Of a stretch of DNA of 64,000 nt, positions 62,916-64,000 are shown one piece after another (within the stretch, counting starts at the first letter, position 1; the number at the start of each line of letters is the position of its first letter). Source of the DNA: Paecilomyces variotii. Its lineage: Eukaryota. The translations under genes and the position numbers were made by a program. The notes beneath the pieces were generated by a model that saw only the letters and a program-made list of their open reading frames with translations, was not told the DNA's origin and ran no database searches. The DNA lies in assembly GCA_004022145.1 (NCBI GenBank), contig RCNU01000001.1; one strand, given 5' to 3'.

Positions 62916-64000
62916 ATGGATATGCGGAAAAAGAAGAAGAAGGTTCTCCTTATGGGGAAGAGTGGATCGGGAAAATCCTCCATGCGTTCCATTATCTTCA
63001 GCAATTATGTCGCCAAGGACGTACGCCGATTAGGAGCAACGATTGACGTTGAGCACAGCCATGTCAAGTTCATGGGAAACCTCACACTTAATCTATGGGA
63101 CTGCGGAGGGTGAGTCTTTCTTCTCACATAATTTAGGGCTCGAGAAGAATCTTGTCTGACGTGCGTATATCGCGCTTGTAGCCAGGATGCCTTCATGGAA
63201 ACGTACCTAGCCTCTCAACGAGGCAACATTTTCTCCGACGTCGCTGTTCTGATCTACGTATTCGATATCGAATCACGAGAAGTGGAACGCGATCTCGATA
63301 CTTACAATGCTATAATCGATGCGCTGAAGGAGTTTAGCCCGAATGCTTATGTCTTCTGTCTTATCCACAAGCTGGACCTGATCCAGGCGGAGCACCGTCA
63401 GCGGATATACGAGGAGCGATCCTCTTTGATTCGAAGCCGTTCGGACCACCTTGCAATCGATACGTTTGGAAGCAGCATCTGGGACCAATCATTATACAAA
63501 GCCTGGGCGGGCATAGTCCACAAGCTGATACCGAACCTCTACGTCATTGAAAGGTTCCTGAGCGCTTTTGCAAAAAAGATCGATGCAGAGGAAGTCATAC
63601 TCTTTGAGCGGTCTACTTTTCTCACGGTCACTTCTGTGACATCTGATGTTGGAAATATGAATCCGATCTATGATCGACATGAACGTCTGTCCAACATCAT
63701 GAAGGCCTTCAAACATTGCGCTGCCAGGAACACACATACTACACCTGCATCGGCTGGGTTTTTGGTAATGCATACGAAAACTCCGCAATTCAACGTCTTT
63801 TTGGGCCGCTTTACCGATAATACATACATCTTTGTCGTCGTACCGCCCGGAGAAGCCGTGTACAACTGCGCTGTTTTAAACACGATGCTTGCAAGGGAAG
63901 GATTCTCGAAAGCTGCTGAAGCCGGTTACGCTGACGGGTTCCCCCTCCCAGCAGTGGAAGGCCCGGGTGCAAATGGAACGAATGGAACCGCCAATCTACA
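62916..64000 (+). CDS. gtr1: Rag GTPase Gtr1/RagA (intron ~63109-63181; stop codon lies beyond the window end)
   Basis: [71 protein letters not shown] and [11 protein letters not shown] motifs. Confidence 0.96.

Noticed and set aside
1..64000. Starship element, TPP riboswitch, telomerase RNA template, 5S rRNA or snRNAs
   Set aside because: By eye I found no DUF3435 tyrosine recombinase, no TPP aptamer core, no convincing TAACCCTAA template context and no snRNA/5S signature. An Rfam scan would be needed to exclude divergent RNAs.

Overview
Intron-containing, gene-dense eukaryotic DNA from a filamentous ascomycete, most likely Eurotiales (Aspergillus/Paecilomyces/Talaromyces-like). This is judged from short GT-AG introns with CTRAY branch sites and a clear NmrA orthologue. 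About 21 protein-coding genes can be modelled, in order: DUF3433 membrane protein, AA11-type LPMO, Yih1/IMPACT, aromatic aminotransferase, LCCL protein, BTB protein, METTL25-like methyltransferase, 2OG-Fe(II) oxygenase, Tlg1 SNARE, NAP-family histone chaperone, egghead-like GT2, nmrA, ankyrin-tailed type I asparaginase, DUF1996 protein, small Cys-rich secreted protein, Kv-beta-like aldo-keto reductase, GH20 hexosaminidase, Swa2/auxilin, Urc4/Urg3 (DUF1688) and Gtr1 (runs off the window end). Features not visible in the ORF track: (1) a 590-bp TA-flanked MITE with ~200-bp terminal inverted repeats; (2) a decayed, internally deleted P-loop NTPase plus putative nuclease pseudogene at ~41.8-43.2 kb, with RIP-like stops; (3) a MeaB-type site, a uORF and a 3' hairpin around nmrA; (4) KR-preceded His/Arg-rich tails on two unrelated secreted proteins. 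I found no tRNA, rRNA, CRISPR or Starship captain gene. All family assignments come from motif recognition, not database searches, and exon boundaries were read by eye.
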